A stretch of DNA of 64,000 bases from Thalia democratica (taxonomy: Eukaryota): NCBI GenBank assembly GCA_965202585.1, contig OZ241826.1, positions 29,388,001 to 29,452,000 of the forward strand. The letters run 5' to 3'. Positions 27,201 through 39,064 of this stretch are shown here, piece after piece (positions within the stretch are counted from its first letter, which is position 1; every line of letters begins with the position of its first letter). Under the pieces are notes generated by a model. The model did not search any database and was not told where the DNA came from. It was given only the letters and a program-made list of their open reading frames with translations. Position numbers and translations under genes: made by a program.

Positions 27201-29766
27201 TTTATGTTCATAAATGATTCTTACTTGAAATTTTTGAGTTATCAAAACTTCATAAACTAATGCTACATTTATAATAAAGACTAATATTTAGTTAGTTTTT
27301 AATAAAAATTAACAACTAAATAAGTTACCTGAAATATTCTGGGTTGGTTAGCATAAGCAACAGGGTAAGGTTGAACCAATGGATTATAACCAAAAGAATT
27401 CAAAATGGCCCTAATGAAATTGTCTTGAGCAGAATAGTATGCTAGTGCTGCATTGTGAATATTTTGAGCAAAATAATTTGTAGGAGGTGGAAAGCTATTG
27501 TTTTGAGCATATATATTAGAAGGTGCTCCAATGTTATTGTTTTGAGCATAAATATTAGAAAATGCTCCAATGTTATTGTTTTGAGCATAAATATTAGAAG
27601 ATGCTCCAATGTTATTGTTTTGAGCAGAAATATTAGAAGATGCTCCAATGTTATTGTTTTGAGCATAAATATTAGAAGATGCTCCAATGTTATTGTTTTG
27701 AGCATAAATATTAGAAGATGCTCCAATGTTATTGTTTTGAGCATAAATATTAGAAGATGCTCCAATGTTATTGTTTTGAGCATAAATATTAGAAGATGCT
27801 CCAATGTTATTGTTTTGAGCATATATATTAGAAGATGATCCAATGTTATTGTTTTGAGCATAAGAATTAGAAGATGCTCCAATGTTATTGTTTTGAACAT
27901 AAGAATTAGAATGCGCTCCAATGTTATTGTTTTGAACATAAGAATTAGAATGTGCTCCGATGTTATTGTTTTGAACATAAGAATTAGAATGTGCTCCAAT
28001 GTTATTGTTTTGAACATAAGAATTAGAAGGTGCTCCAGTGTTATTGTTTAGAGCAGAAGAATAAGAAGGTGCTCCAATGTTATTGTTTTGAGCAGAAGAA
28101 TAAGAAGGTGCTCCTGTGTTATTGTTTTGAGCAGAAGAGCTAATAGGTGCAGCAAAATTATTATTTTGGGCAAAATAGTTAGAAGCTCCCATGTAACTGT
28201 TTTGACCAAAAGAGTAACTAGGTGCTCCTGTGTTACTGTTTTGAGCAGAAGAGTAAGCAGGTGCTCCTGTGTTATTGTTTTGAACATAAGAATCAGCAGG
28301 TCTTCTAGTAGGGTTGTTATGAGTAGAAAGATCAAAAGGTGTACTAGAAAAAATTTCATTTTGACGAGTAAAATTATTATTCGCTGTAGTATTAGTTGTT
28401 GGAGAAGCTCCAGAAGTTTGAACACTTGAAACAGAAATTGAACTAGGAAAACCTTCAGCATTGAACTTATCACTCTCACCATTAGACTGTGTCAAGTCGA
28501 TTGTTTCTTCTTCTTTTTGCTTTTTGTTCTGGGTCAGGTCAATGATCTCACCAGCTCTCTTGTTTCCACTTCTGGACGTTCCCTCCTTGAGTAAAATTAT
28601 TCAAAACTTGTTAATTTTTGTTTAATTCAGCTTAAAATTTACTGCAAATATTGTCATAACTTATATAGTTAGTTATACTAAGTAAACTTTTTTTTATATT
28701 TTTTTTACTGATAAGTAAAATAGGAAAAAGTCTTTACTATGCATAAATATTCTTTATATTATTTGTTTCTAAATTATTAATAAAAAGTTCGGCGTGATAT
28801 GTTCTTAGTGTCATAAGGGGTGCGGAACAAGATTAACTAAAATGTTGTCTTTTTTATGCTAACCTGTGCTAAAATATACATAATGATAAAACTTTTTAGA
28901 AATTAAAAATAATTTAGTTTAAAGCAGCTTATGTTGTCTTTTGGCACACTATAATGAATTACCACTTGTGTATGAAAATAAGTTTTATATTATACATAAT
29001 TTAAACAGTAAATTGTATTTAATTATGCTAGTGTTCTGACATTTTTGCTATTTTTCTTTAATACTTATTATTAATATTCAACAGTTGCTTTAAAATTAAT
29101 TTATTAATACATGTTTTTTTTTAAATACCAAATGTTGGACTTTATTTTACAGAGGCAAAGATGACTTTCAGATCAGAAAAAAGCTACAACTCGAGCTAAC
29201 ACTTAATTTAATAAATCTGCTTCATAATATTTAAAAAACACTTATAAAGTTTTTGAGTTAGTGTGTTTGTATATATTATTGTACAATATTGCAGTATCAA
29301 TATATTTTATAGACTTGAAGATAATAACATTTTAGAATACTTTTTTATTAGTAAAAAACCAAACAAAGGTTTAAGGTACAAAGTGTAAAATAAAGCACGG
29401 AAAACTTAAAAGGAAACATAACCTTTAAGTTACTAAAACAGTTTATATTTTTTCAAAATAAGTTACTAACTTATTTTTAATGCTTGGTTTTAGTTTTTCT
29501 TTAAATTTACTTAAAAAATTACCTTTTAACAAAGTTAAAGAACCATAAAAAAAATGTAATACGTTAAAACAATACAAAAAGACTATTCAATAAACTTTTT
29601 GTCAATAATATTACATTTAAAAAAGGAAGTGTTAAAATTTATTTGCACCAACAAAAATACAAAAAATAACAACAAAAAGTTAGATAAATATACAAAAGGA
29701 AAAAAAAGTAAACATTACCTGAACATTGTTAGACAAAGAAAAATTATCAGAAATTTTTTCATCCAT
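24269..29766 (-). CDS. Beta-1: intact SIM-SIM / Asn-rich repeat / acidic / RING E3 ubiquitin ligase (STUbL-like), about 612 aa. Exons 29719-29766, 27329-28585, 24776-25088, 24269-24489
   Basis: Exon lengths 48+1257+313+221 nt join in frame across GT-AG introns: MDEKISDNFSLSNNVQ|EGTSRSGNKRAGEIIDLTQ..ETIDLTQ..IFQ|AAPYQ..WELPSK G|LTKSRMEKF..CTIC..CSGKHVFCTEC..W..CPNC. Boundaries are conserved in the beta-2 copy. Exon joining is inferred without RNA data. Confidence 0.82.
25860..26218. mobile_element. Old GGATCC-rich MITE remnant in a beta-1 intron (orthologous copy at about 48810-49132)
   Basis: Multiple GATCCG/CGGATC words, ending GATCCGTTATACCACTA. Similar words occur at 21490-21720, 30588-30645 and 33758-33835. 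Confidence 0.4.
27500..28290 (-). repeat. Coding 39-bp minisatellite (13-aa unit AQNNNIGASSNIY) in beta-1
   Basis: Plus-strand unit GCTCCAATGTTATTGTTTTGAGCATAAATATTAGAAGAT. There are 13 consecutive near-perfect units plus several degenerate ones. Confidence 0.97.
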
Positions 29767-32700
29767 TTTAGCCTATAAATCTGTAAAATAACGAGACAAA
29801 TTATTAAACAAGCTCTGTTATAATTGTAAAATAAGAAATGTTTAAAATAATAGTAAAAGAAAAAACTTCTTTATACTGCAAAGATGATTACCCTTTTCAT
29901 TTTAATATTTAGCAGAGATGAATCTAAGCTTTATTAGGGTGACTAGCACAGACTTTACATGAAATGATAAATTTAATTTGATATAGCTAAAAAACAAGTT
30001 ATAAAATTAAATTAGTACATGTTAAACTTAATATTTTTTTGCTGTATTTATTTAGAGTAATAAAAACATAACTAACTTTTAAAAGAATATATATACTCAC
30101 AAATTATAATTGTATTAAGTACATCCTTTTAAAATACTATTAAAAATTTAGATATAAAACACTTTTATATATTATTTGTTCAGTTCAATAAAAATAGATC
30201 ACCTAGTTATATTCTATAATGCTCAATATAAATTACTGTACTAATATTCATTTTTAATTGTGTTTACTTTTAAAAATATTGAGTTAATAACTAAATTATA
30301 GCTTGAAGTTTTAATTTTGTTAAACAAGGATAAATTTATCTGCGACAAAAAGTGATGGTTTTAGCTCTAATAATTCTAAAGTATCTTTAATATACTATGA
30401 TCATTACATAGCATTCTATTTTAGTATTATGCTAAGATAAACTGAATGTTCAAATGTTCCTATAAAAAATGATCACAGTTATAAAGTTTAATAACCATGA
30501 TTAGTTTTTGTAGGATTTTTTTATTTTAAACTACATTTTTTCAAAATCAAATTATCTTTAGTCAATGAAAAAAAAATCTAATATATTTAGTGATGTAAGG
30601 GATCTGGATATTTTTTAATTTAAGATCTGGCCGGATCCGTATCCTAAATATTTTATTTAGTTTCAATACAAAATTATTAAACTTACTTACTATATCATTA
30701 TTAGTTTGTTAAACTGTATCATACAAATATTTTATTGAAAAACACAATTATTTTGTCTAAATATTATATTTGAACACTTAATGGAACCTTAAAAAATCAA
30801 CCCTTAAAAAATCTCAGATTTATTTCTAGACTGTTTTTTTTTAAATATAAAACACCTGATTTTTGTAGCCTTTAAATTATTGTTTTTAATTCAAGGTTTC
30901 AAGATTGTTTTGCAACCCTGTATAAAAAAACAGTGTGTTTAGCATATATTTTAAATATGATTACCTTCCTAAGTTTTAAGAACTTTTCTAAATTACTGAA
31001 AACTATACTTTGTAACCCAAACTAGCTTAAGTTATCAGTATTTTTAAAACCCTAAAAAAATTGCTCTTTCTTCATACTTATAAGTTATAAGTATGAAGAA
31101 AGTTATAACCTATTTTTGTTAAAAAAAATTAAGTTAAATTTCATTTTCATTAAACAGATGTTAAAATAAGTTGTCCAAGTATAAAAAGAGATAGTTTAAC
31201 AGGGATATTAAAAAAATAAATTACCTTTTATAATTAAGTTTTTAAATAAAGTTAGTTATATCAAACAAAATAAAAAATAACAACAAAAAGTTAGATAAAT
31301 ATACAAAAGGAAAAAAAAGTAAACATTACCTGAACATTGTTAGACAAAGAAAAATTATCAGAAATTTTTTCATCCATTTTAGCCTATAAATCTGTAAAAT
31401 AACGAGACAAATTATTAAACAAGCTCTGTTATAATTGTAAAATAAGAAATGTTTAAAATAATAGTAAAAGAAAAAACTTCTTTATACTGCAAAGATGATT
31501 ACCCTTTTCATTTTAATATTTAGCAGAGATGAATCTAAGCTTTATTAGGGTGACTAGCACAGACTTTACATGAAATGATAAATTTAATTTGATATAGCTA
31601 AAAAACAAGTTATAAAATTAAATTAGTACATGTTAAACTTAATATTTTTTTGCTGTATTTATTTAGAGTAATAAAAACATAACTAACTTTTAAAAGAATA
31701 TATATACTCACAAATTATAATTGTATTAAGTACATCCTTTTAAAATACTATTAAAAATTTAGATATAAAACACTTTTATATATTATTTGTTCAGTTCAAT
31801 AAAAATAGATCACCTAGTTATATTCTATAATGCTCAATATAAATTACTGTACTAATATTCATTTTTAATTGTGTTTACTTTTAAAAATATTGAGTTAATA
31901 ACTAAATTATAGCTTGAAGTTTTAATTTTGTTAAACAAGGATAAATTTATCTGCGACAAAAAGTGATGGTTTTAGCTCTAATAATTCTAAAGTATCTTTA
32001 ATATACTATGATCATTACATAGCATTCTATTTTAGTATTATGCTAAGATAAACTGAATGTTCAAATGTTCCTATAAAAAATGATCACAGTTATAAAGTTT
32101 AATAACCATGATTAGTTTTTGTAGGATTTTTTTATTTTAAACTACATTTTTTCAAAATCAAATTATCTTTAGTCAATGAAAAAAAAATCTAATATATTTA
32201 GTGATGTAAGGGATCTGGATATTTTTTAATTTAAGATCTGGCCGGATCCGTATCCTAAATATTTTATTTAGTTTCAATACAAAATTATTAAACTTACTTA
32301 CTATATCATTATTAGTTTGTTAAACTGTATCATACAAATATTTTATTGAAAAACACAATTATTTTGTCTAAATATTATATTTGAACACTTAATGGAACCT
32401 TAAAAAATCAACCCTTAAAAAATCTCAGATTTATTTCTAGACTGTTTTTTTTTAAATATAAAACACCTGATTTTTGTAGCCTTTAAATTATTGTTTTTAA
32501 TTCAAGGTTTCAAGATTGTTTTGCAACCCTGTATAAAAAAACAGTGTGTTTAGCATATATTTTAAATATGATTACCTTCCTAAGTTTTAAGAACTTTTCT
32601 AAATTACTGAAAACTATACTTTGTAACCCAAACTAGCTTAAGTTATCAGTATTTTTAAAACCCTAAAAAAATTGCTCTTTCTTCATACTTATAAGTTATA

Positions 32701-32894
32701 AGTATGAAGAAAGTTATAACCTATTTTTGTTAAAAAAAATTAAGTTAAATTTCATTTTCATTAAACAGATGTTAAAATAAGTTGTCCAAGTATAAAAAGA
32801 GATAGTTTAACAGGGATATTAAAAAAATAAATTACCTTTTATAATTAAGTTTTTAAATAAAGTTAGTTATATCAAACAAAATAAAAAATAACAA
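29661..32894. repeat. Head-to-tail 1611-bp tandem duplication, identical by eye, containing the beta-1 start exon (29719-29766 and 31330-31377)
   Basis: Offset of 1611 throughout. The 12-bp word AAAAAATAACAA is present at 29661, 31272 and 32883. The region is single-copy in beta-2. Confidence 0.95.
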
Positions 32895-33195
32895 ACTATT
32901 GTAACTAATTAGTTTTTTCTAATTTAATTTCTAAAAAAAATATGGTAAACAAAAAAAATCTTAAAACTACCCTGAGTTAAAAAAAACTTAGTTAGCATTA
33001 CTTTTTCAAATTTTCATAACTAAGCATTAGTTCTGAAGCTATCTAAAATATTTAACAGACTAAAATAACATCAAGAGTTATCCTGAGTTAACTGAGTTAG
33101 TATACTGAGTTTGTGGCTGCCATTCTTTTTTAATATTAAAATTATCCTCAAGAAAGCACATAATGTGTTTATACAAAACAAAGTGTTAAAAATAT

Positions 33196-33391
33196 TAGGA
33201 TACTGTAACTTTAAGAGGCAGCAGTTGTTTAAAAATGATTTAAACCTTTCACAGGAATATTCTATCTATACTATTATGGACTATTTTTATCTACACCAGG
33301 GATAAAAAGAAATTTATTTTGTAAAATTTAAAATTTAAAACTAAAAATAAACTGTTGAGTATTTGCTGCCTCTTAAAATTATAGTAACCTA
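33196..33391. mobile_element. MITE of about 195 bp with 28-bp inverted termini including terminal TA
   Basis: TAGGATACTGTAACTTTAAGAGGCAGCA and TGCTGCCTCTTAAAATTATAGTAACCTA match at 25/28 as reverse complements. Confidence 0.75.
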
Positions 33392-35802
33392 ATAGTAATT
33401 GAGCTGTATTTGCAAAGTTTTTACAACGTTTAATTTATTTAAATGGGAATAAGATTGTTAAAATAAAACTATAAAGACTATAAAAAATTGAAATGCACTA
33501 AAATTTAAACACTTGTTTTATTAAAAAAAAACAATCTGAATTTATTCACATAACTAAACTGTTGAAAAAGTAAAAGATTGTAATCTGCAAGAAACTTTAA
33601 ATTAAAAATTTACTATTTTTACTCTAATGTCTTTTTCGCTTGACTAGTTTTATAATTATAGTATTATAAAGTATTCAGTATTCAAAACACGTTAGACTAA
33701 ATATACAAAACTAATAGTAGCTGTATGTGGAAAGCAATTTTCTTGTTAACTAACTTGATCCGGAGCCAGCCAAATCCAGCTAGGATCTGGATTTTTTTTC
33801 ATTTTCTTTAACTAGGTTCTAGCTGGATCCGGTAGATTACTTGATTTAATCTACATTGCCTCCTTATATGAAAACCTCTTTTGTTATTGAAGCTTTTTAA
33901 AAATCAATTATATTAGTCAAATTCTATATAAAATAGCATGCATGAATGTACATCAATATAACATGCATTTTAAATGCTTTGCTAGATTAAATAAATAAAA
34001 AAGATACCGCACATACAATTATTATATACAGGTTTACAAGTTCAGTTTATGAAAGTAGCCTAGAAGTTAATTTCTTTAAATAAATTAAATTTTATTTAAC
34101 AATTGCAGCATTATAATTTTATTTTTTATACTTAAATTTTAGTTAAAAACTTATGCAGGGCTTCTTTTCAACAGTTGAGTCTAACTATAACAAATGTTTC
34201 AAGAAAAAAATACATGTACAATTTAAAGCTAGTTACAGTTGTTTCAATTTTATAATACTATTATATGTTCAATGTGTAACTTTATGTTAAGATTCTACAA
34301 ACCAGTTAGTAAGTTCGACGTTTTAAAAATACGCAGAAAAAGGATAGCATATATGAAAATAAGTAAAATATTTTACTCAATAGTTTTTTACTCAATAACC
34401 TAAACTTGCTTTCTTTTTTAGGGGTAGCACATGCCCCTGAAAACAATCAAAGAGCTGCATATAAATATAAAGCTTATATTTAGATTGTGCTGGCAAGTAT
34501 AAATTGACATTTTAGTTACCAGAAGATAAAACCAATGTAAATAATTTTGTAAAACGATTTTATTTAAACATGGATTTTGATATTTTTCTAATCTAAGTAA
34601 AAAATTTTTGTGCTAAATTTAAACGGGCTGGTGTTTGCTGATGTTTTATTATTCTGAACTTCTAGCAACCCTGCTGTCAACTTATTTTGTGTAAAACTTA
34701 TTCTATTTTATAAAGTGGAACTAACTAACCACTAAACATTACTAACGTTGTAAAGGTTGAACCTTAATTCAATAGATTAATCAAATTTTACTTTACTAAA
34801 TTATTTGTGTTAGTAAAACTAGCATTGAACATAGTTTTTTTAAAACTTTGACCAAAGTATAAACTTTTTATGTATAACTTAAGATAAAATATATATTAAT
34901 ATATGTTTTTTTATTTAAAAATTAGTATAACAAGTAGAAATTATAAAGTACCGAAATGCACTAAAACATTACAACATTATATTATTTTTTACTAAAATGC
35001 TTATTAGTAATACTTAACAGTTGTATAAAAACTGGTACATCAAAAACAAGCTACTTTTATATAAATTTTCATTTTGGAAATGCAAAATTATTTTTAGAAA
35101 ATTAAAAAGGCACAGTTTGACCTAAGACATAATGTAAAGCAGCTTAAACATTAAACTGATTCTCAACATTTAAAACTTATGATGTTTTTGGTTTTTGAGC
35201 TATTGTAATTTGTATACTTATTTAGTACTGCAGCATCAACAATTTTCAAGGATTTAAAGATAATAAGCCTTTGCAATAATTTTGATAAATAAATAAAAAA
35301 AATAAAGTTTTATAAAGTGTAATGGAGTAGAAAAAGAAAAATTTATAATCCATTTTTTAATGCTAGGTTTTAACTTTACTTTACTTAAAAATTACGTTTT
35401 GGTAAAGATTTTAAAAAATATAAGAAATAATAATGCTTAACTAAAAACAATACAAAAAGAATATTTAATTTACCCTTTGTCAAAAATATTACATATAAAA
35501 TAAATAAGTGTTGAAAATTATGTACATCAATAAAATACAAAAAAACAAGATCAAAATTTTAGAGTAATATACAAAAGGGTAAAATAAAAGGTGCACAAAC
35601 TCTATATTTGAATCTTTAATAGTATAAACTGTTATTGTTAATTAACTTTTTTTCTGTTTTGTTGCTACTTTAAACTATATGAATTGTCTTTTGCTTTAAT
35701 ACCATGCTAAAAACTGTTTTCTTATAATTAAAGTTAATCTGTAAATTAAAAAAATAAATAGACAATATATACAATAAATATAGAAATAATTAAAAACATT
35801 AC

Positions 35803-35850
35803 CTGCACATTATTAGACGCAGAAATATTATTTAAAACCTTTTTGTCCAT
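35803..35850 (-). pseudogene. Orphan start exon of paralog alpha-2 (MDKKVLNNISASNNVQ); its own repeat exon is absent
   Basis: Intact acceptor TTGCAG, ATG at 35850 and donor CAG|GTAATG. Homology to the alpha-1 intron stops at about 34927, just short of the repeat-exon acceptor. Confidence 0.75.
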
Positions 35851-37107
35851 TTTATCTGCAAAAATACTATATTATTTATCTTCAAAATAACTGAACATAA
35901 CATTACTTCAGCTTTATAATATTTGTAAACTAACAAACGTTAAAAAAATAATAAAAATAAATAAACTTAAAATTGCAAAAATGATTTCTAAAATTTTAAA
36001 CATGTAGCAGGGATGAATGAAAGCTTTTTTAGGTAAACAAAGTACAAAGTTTACTCGAACTTATTAAACTAAACTAGGTACATTTAAAAATTAGTAAATA
36101 CTTAAGTATACAGTGTTTTGCTGTAATTATTTGAAGTAGTACAAACATAACTATTTACAACAAAAACAGTTACAAACTTTTATTGTGTTAAATACACCTT
36201 TTCAAATACTAATACAAATTTTGATAGAAAGTATTTGTAAATTTTTAATATTATCTGTTAAGGTTACGAAAAAAAAATGTTGTTATATTTATTACATACA
36301 ATTTATATTACTGTACTAACAATAATGTTATGTTTTATTAATTTAAAGCTAAAAACGTAATTAAAAAAAACATATAAAGCTTTAATTAATTTATATTTAA
36401 GTTTTAAATCAACAATGTTTTGGTTATTAGTGACTAGTATTGAGTTTATAATCTTAAACAAAACCATACGGTTTCTAAACTTTATTTAAGTAATTATAAG
36501 CAATTTGGTTTACATATTGTTTTACAAAATATTTTTATAAATAGAACAAATTTTAAGGCGAGTTTTCTACAAATTAGATTTAATTCTTGTCTTTGCAGTC
36601 GTAAAATCAATTATGTAAAAAATCAACACTATTTAATACTTTGTTTAGATATAATAGTTAACAGTTTATTACTGTAAATGACTCTGATACATGAACTTTT
36701 TTCTATCAACTAATGAAAAATGCTGATACATATTTTTTTTTTTTGATGTCATAACCTAATATAATAGCAACATTGTACAAAAGTATCACTATTAAGTTAC
36801 TTCTAAAATCAGTATGTAACCATTTTTAGATTGTTGTTACTTTTCTAATTCAATATAAATAAACGATTCTAAGTACTTGACAACTGTTAAATCTTCACCA
36901 ATTTTGCAAAAAAAAGATATAGAAACACAATCTTCTAATTTCGCTGGTTTATTACTACTACGCAAAAACACAAAACGACCAATTTAGTCGCAAACAAACA
37001 CGTGTTGGCAGTTGGGGCACGTGTTGTGTTTTTCAAACCACTTGGTGGCGCATTCGGTGCAGAAAACGTGTTTACCGCCACAATTGAGCTCGATCAGATT
37101 GTTGCCC

Positions 37108-37599
37108 TGTAGCAGTCTAACAGACATGCTCTGTTATAAATTGAGAGAATTGGGAAAAAGGGGTTGTTAAAGCACTATATATGCTACGCATGAACGATCA
37201 CGTCGCTTTTTATCGCATGCGCTTCTTGATCGCATAGACGAGTATACAAAAGTCAGTGTTTTACTTTTTGCTAGTTTAGTATTATATTATATTTGTGTTA
37301 TTTACTTACGATTATAGAGTGTATTTGGTGTTTTATATTTTATGTTGTGAGTTCTTTTAATAAATAATTGTGTTTAAACGTTTTTGTTGTTTTAACTTAG
37401 ATTACTTGACCATTCATTCGCGGTATATTAATCAATAAATAGCGCGACATGAATTCGAAACAAGTTGCCAAAAAGTTGTCCAAAATGATTACTCGCTCTG
37501 AGTCAGCCAACGCGCCTGAACCCGTTGTTAGCGAAACAGAGAAGTCACGACCGCCGGCTCCGTTAAGGGAAAGTACCGAAGGACCGAGCGATCGTCACA
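37108..37599 (+). repeat. 5' LTR (492 bp)
   Basis: TGTAGCAG...CGTCACA. No differences from the 3' LTR were seen on manual comparison. AATAAA motifs lie near 37359 and 37434. Confidence 0.97.
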
Positions 37600-39029
37600 G
37601 TGGCGTCCTCCCCGGGTCCAAACCCGTTTTTATAACAAAAAAGCAAACCTTATCGAGAAGACAGAATTGCGAAGCGGGTATGCAGAGCACAGATGCCTCT
37701 GCATACCAACAAAATATTAATAGCGTACCAGGAGCAAAGGAGGACTATAACGCTCCTTTGCGTCCACAAAATACGCACGATTTGTATACAGCGAGCGTAG
37801 AAAATTCGCACTCTTCGCTTTATCCAAGAAACACAGCTGAAAGTGTTCAAGCTAGTCCGCACCTTAGTTTTAGGCAGGACGATATAGAAAACCTTAGCCA
37901 GGCAGAATTACAGCTAAGGATATCGGCTATAGAAGAAAGCCGTCGCACGGACGCTTTACGAAACAAGTTACGTGCGCTAATGACAGAATCCTTGTCAGAT
38001 AATAGCAATGTTTGTAATTTAGAAAATGGCGCTCGATGTGTTGAAACTGAACAAGATCGATTGCGCCGAAAGATAGTAGAAAATGCTAAGCTATTTAGAC
38101 AACTTCGAAATATTTCGGAACCTCGCGCGGAACTCGAATTATTTGAGTCACGTTGTAAGTCGTTTAATATCGATAGCGATCGTGAGAAACTTGAGTTATT
38201 AATACATATTTGGCCTCGAGATGACATAATTAATTTTCGGGAAACTAATAGCGAGTGTCATTTCAACTACTCTAATTTAAAAACTTATCTTATTGGCAAA
38301 AAATCTAGTTTGCCACACATACTTCGATTTAAACAGAGTACCTTAGGGCAGGCGTCTTTCCAGTCAGATAAGTGCCTAGCTGAAAAGTTGTCTAAAGCTG
38401 ATAAGGATAGTATGATAAAGTATTTTATGTCAGCTATATGTCCAATCGAACTAAAAAAGAAAGTTGAAGAAGCTTTTACGCTTAAAATAGATGATTTTTT
38501 AGTGAAAATAGAACAGATTTACGCTGGATCTCACTCGGAGATTCTAGAAAAAGCTCAAGAATTTCGTTATGAGCAAAGATCGCAGAATTTTTATAAAAAG
38601 AAACAAAATAATAATAAAAATTCGCATGTACAGCAATCTTCGCGTCGCCCTTATAGACATAATCAAAGTAATCAAGTTGAATACGATCAACAAAACGATT
38701 ATAATAATCAAAACACGCGTTACGACAGTAATGTAAACTATCAGAACGTAGCGAACAATAACATGGGATTCGGCAACGTTCAGCCGAATCACATGCAGTA
38801 TCAAAATGTAATGCCACCAAACGGCCAAGTTTTTAACCAGAACCCCGTTCAGGTTAACAATAGATATAATAATTCAGGGTATACCCAAGGTCCAAGTAAC
38901 TTCCAAAGTCAAGGGCCTCCATTCAATCAAAGTTTTCATAGTCAAGGGCATTCCCCAAACAACCAAAATTTTCATAACCGGCAGGGCCCCTTTAATCAAA
39001 AAAACGGGCACCCCTCCTCCCGACAGTAA
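37449..39029 (+). CDS. gag: Gag (526 aa), initiating inside the 5' LTR; Q/N-rich C-terminus and no CCHC knuckle
   Basis: First long ORF of the element, upstream of pol and overlapping it at a slippery site. Confidence 0.88.
   Translation: MNSKQVAKKLSKMITRSESANAPEPVVSETEKSRPPAPLRESTEGPSDRHSGVLPGSKPVFITKKQTLSRRQNCEAGMQSTDASAYQQNINSVPGAKEDYNAPLRPQNTHDLYTASVENSHSSLYPRNTAESVQASPHLSFRQDDIENLSQAELQLRISAIEESRRTDALRNKLRALMTESLSDNSNVCNLENGARCVETEQDRLRRKIVENAKLFRQLRNISEPRAELELFESRCKSFNIDSDREKLELLIHIWPRDDIINFRETNSECHFNYSNLKTYLIGKKSSLPHILRFKQSTLGQASFQSDKCLAEKLSKADKDSMIKYFMSAICPIELKKKVEEAFTLKIDDFLVKIEQIYAGSHSEILEKAQEFRYEQRSQNFYKKKQNNNKNSHVQQSSRRPYRHNQSNQVEYDQQNDYNNQNTRYDSNVNYQNVANNNMGFGNVQPNHMQYQNVMPPNGQVFNQNPVQVNNRYNNSGYTQGPSNFQSQGPPFNQSFHSQGHSPNNQNFHNRQGPFNQKNGHPSSRQ
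37601..37618 (+). promoter_or_regulatory. Primer-binding site (TGGCGTCCTCCCGGGTCC)
   Basis: Starts 1 nt after the LTR with TGG, the complement of tRNA CCA. The first 8 nt fit a tRNA-Asn-type 3' end (...GGACGCCA) from memory, so primer identity is uncertain. Confidence 0.75.
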
Positions 39030-39064
39030 GAGGTAGGGAGGAGAGGGGAGAGCCACCTCTTACT
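38999..39064 (+). promoter_or_regulatory. -1 programmed ribosomal frameshift signal: A_AAA_AAC plus a predicted H-type pseudoknot
   Basis: The heptamer at 38999-39005 is in gag phase. The pol frame opens right after TAA 38993-38995. Stem 1 is CTCCTCCC (39014-21) with GGGAGGAG (39036-43); stem 2 is AGTAAGAGGT (39025-34) with ACCTCTTACT (39055-64), interleaved. Confidence 0.88.

Larger units (their letters stand above)
19500..34900. repeat. Segmental duplication unit 1 (partner is about 34927-55800, interrupted by the LTR element)
   Basis: Collinear, visibly diverged homology in introns and intergenic DNA, e.g. 19502 vs 34929, 23580 vs 36320, 24269 vs 36984, 29700 vs 52410, 34670 vs 55560. Confidence 0.9.

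Noticed and set aside
27500-28290. Regular 39-bp arrays as possible CRISPR
   Set aside because: The units are contiguous with no unique spacers, the context is eukaryotic and coding, and there are no cas genes.
27442-28482. Long alternative-frame and antisense ORFs (MLKTITLEHLLIF.., RRCSNVIVLSINI..) and their equivalents at 50329-51213 and 18851-19042
   Set aside because: These are shadows of a 39-bp repeat that has no stop in several frames. Only the N-rich frame continues through conserved splice sites and non-repeat flanks.
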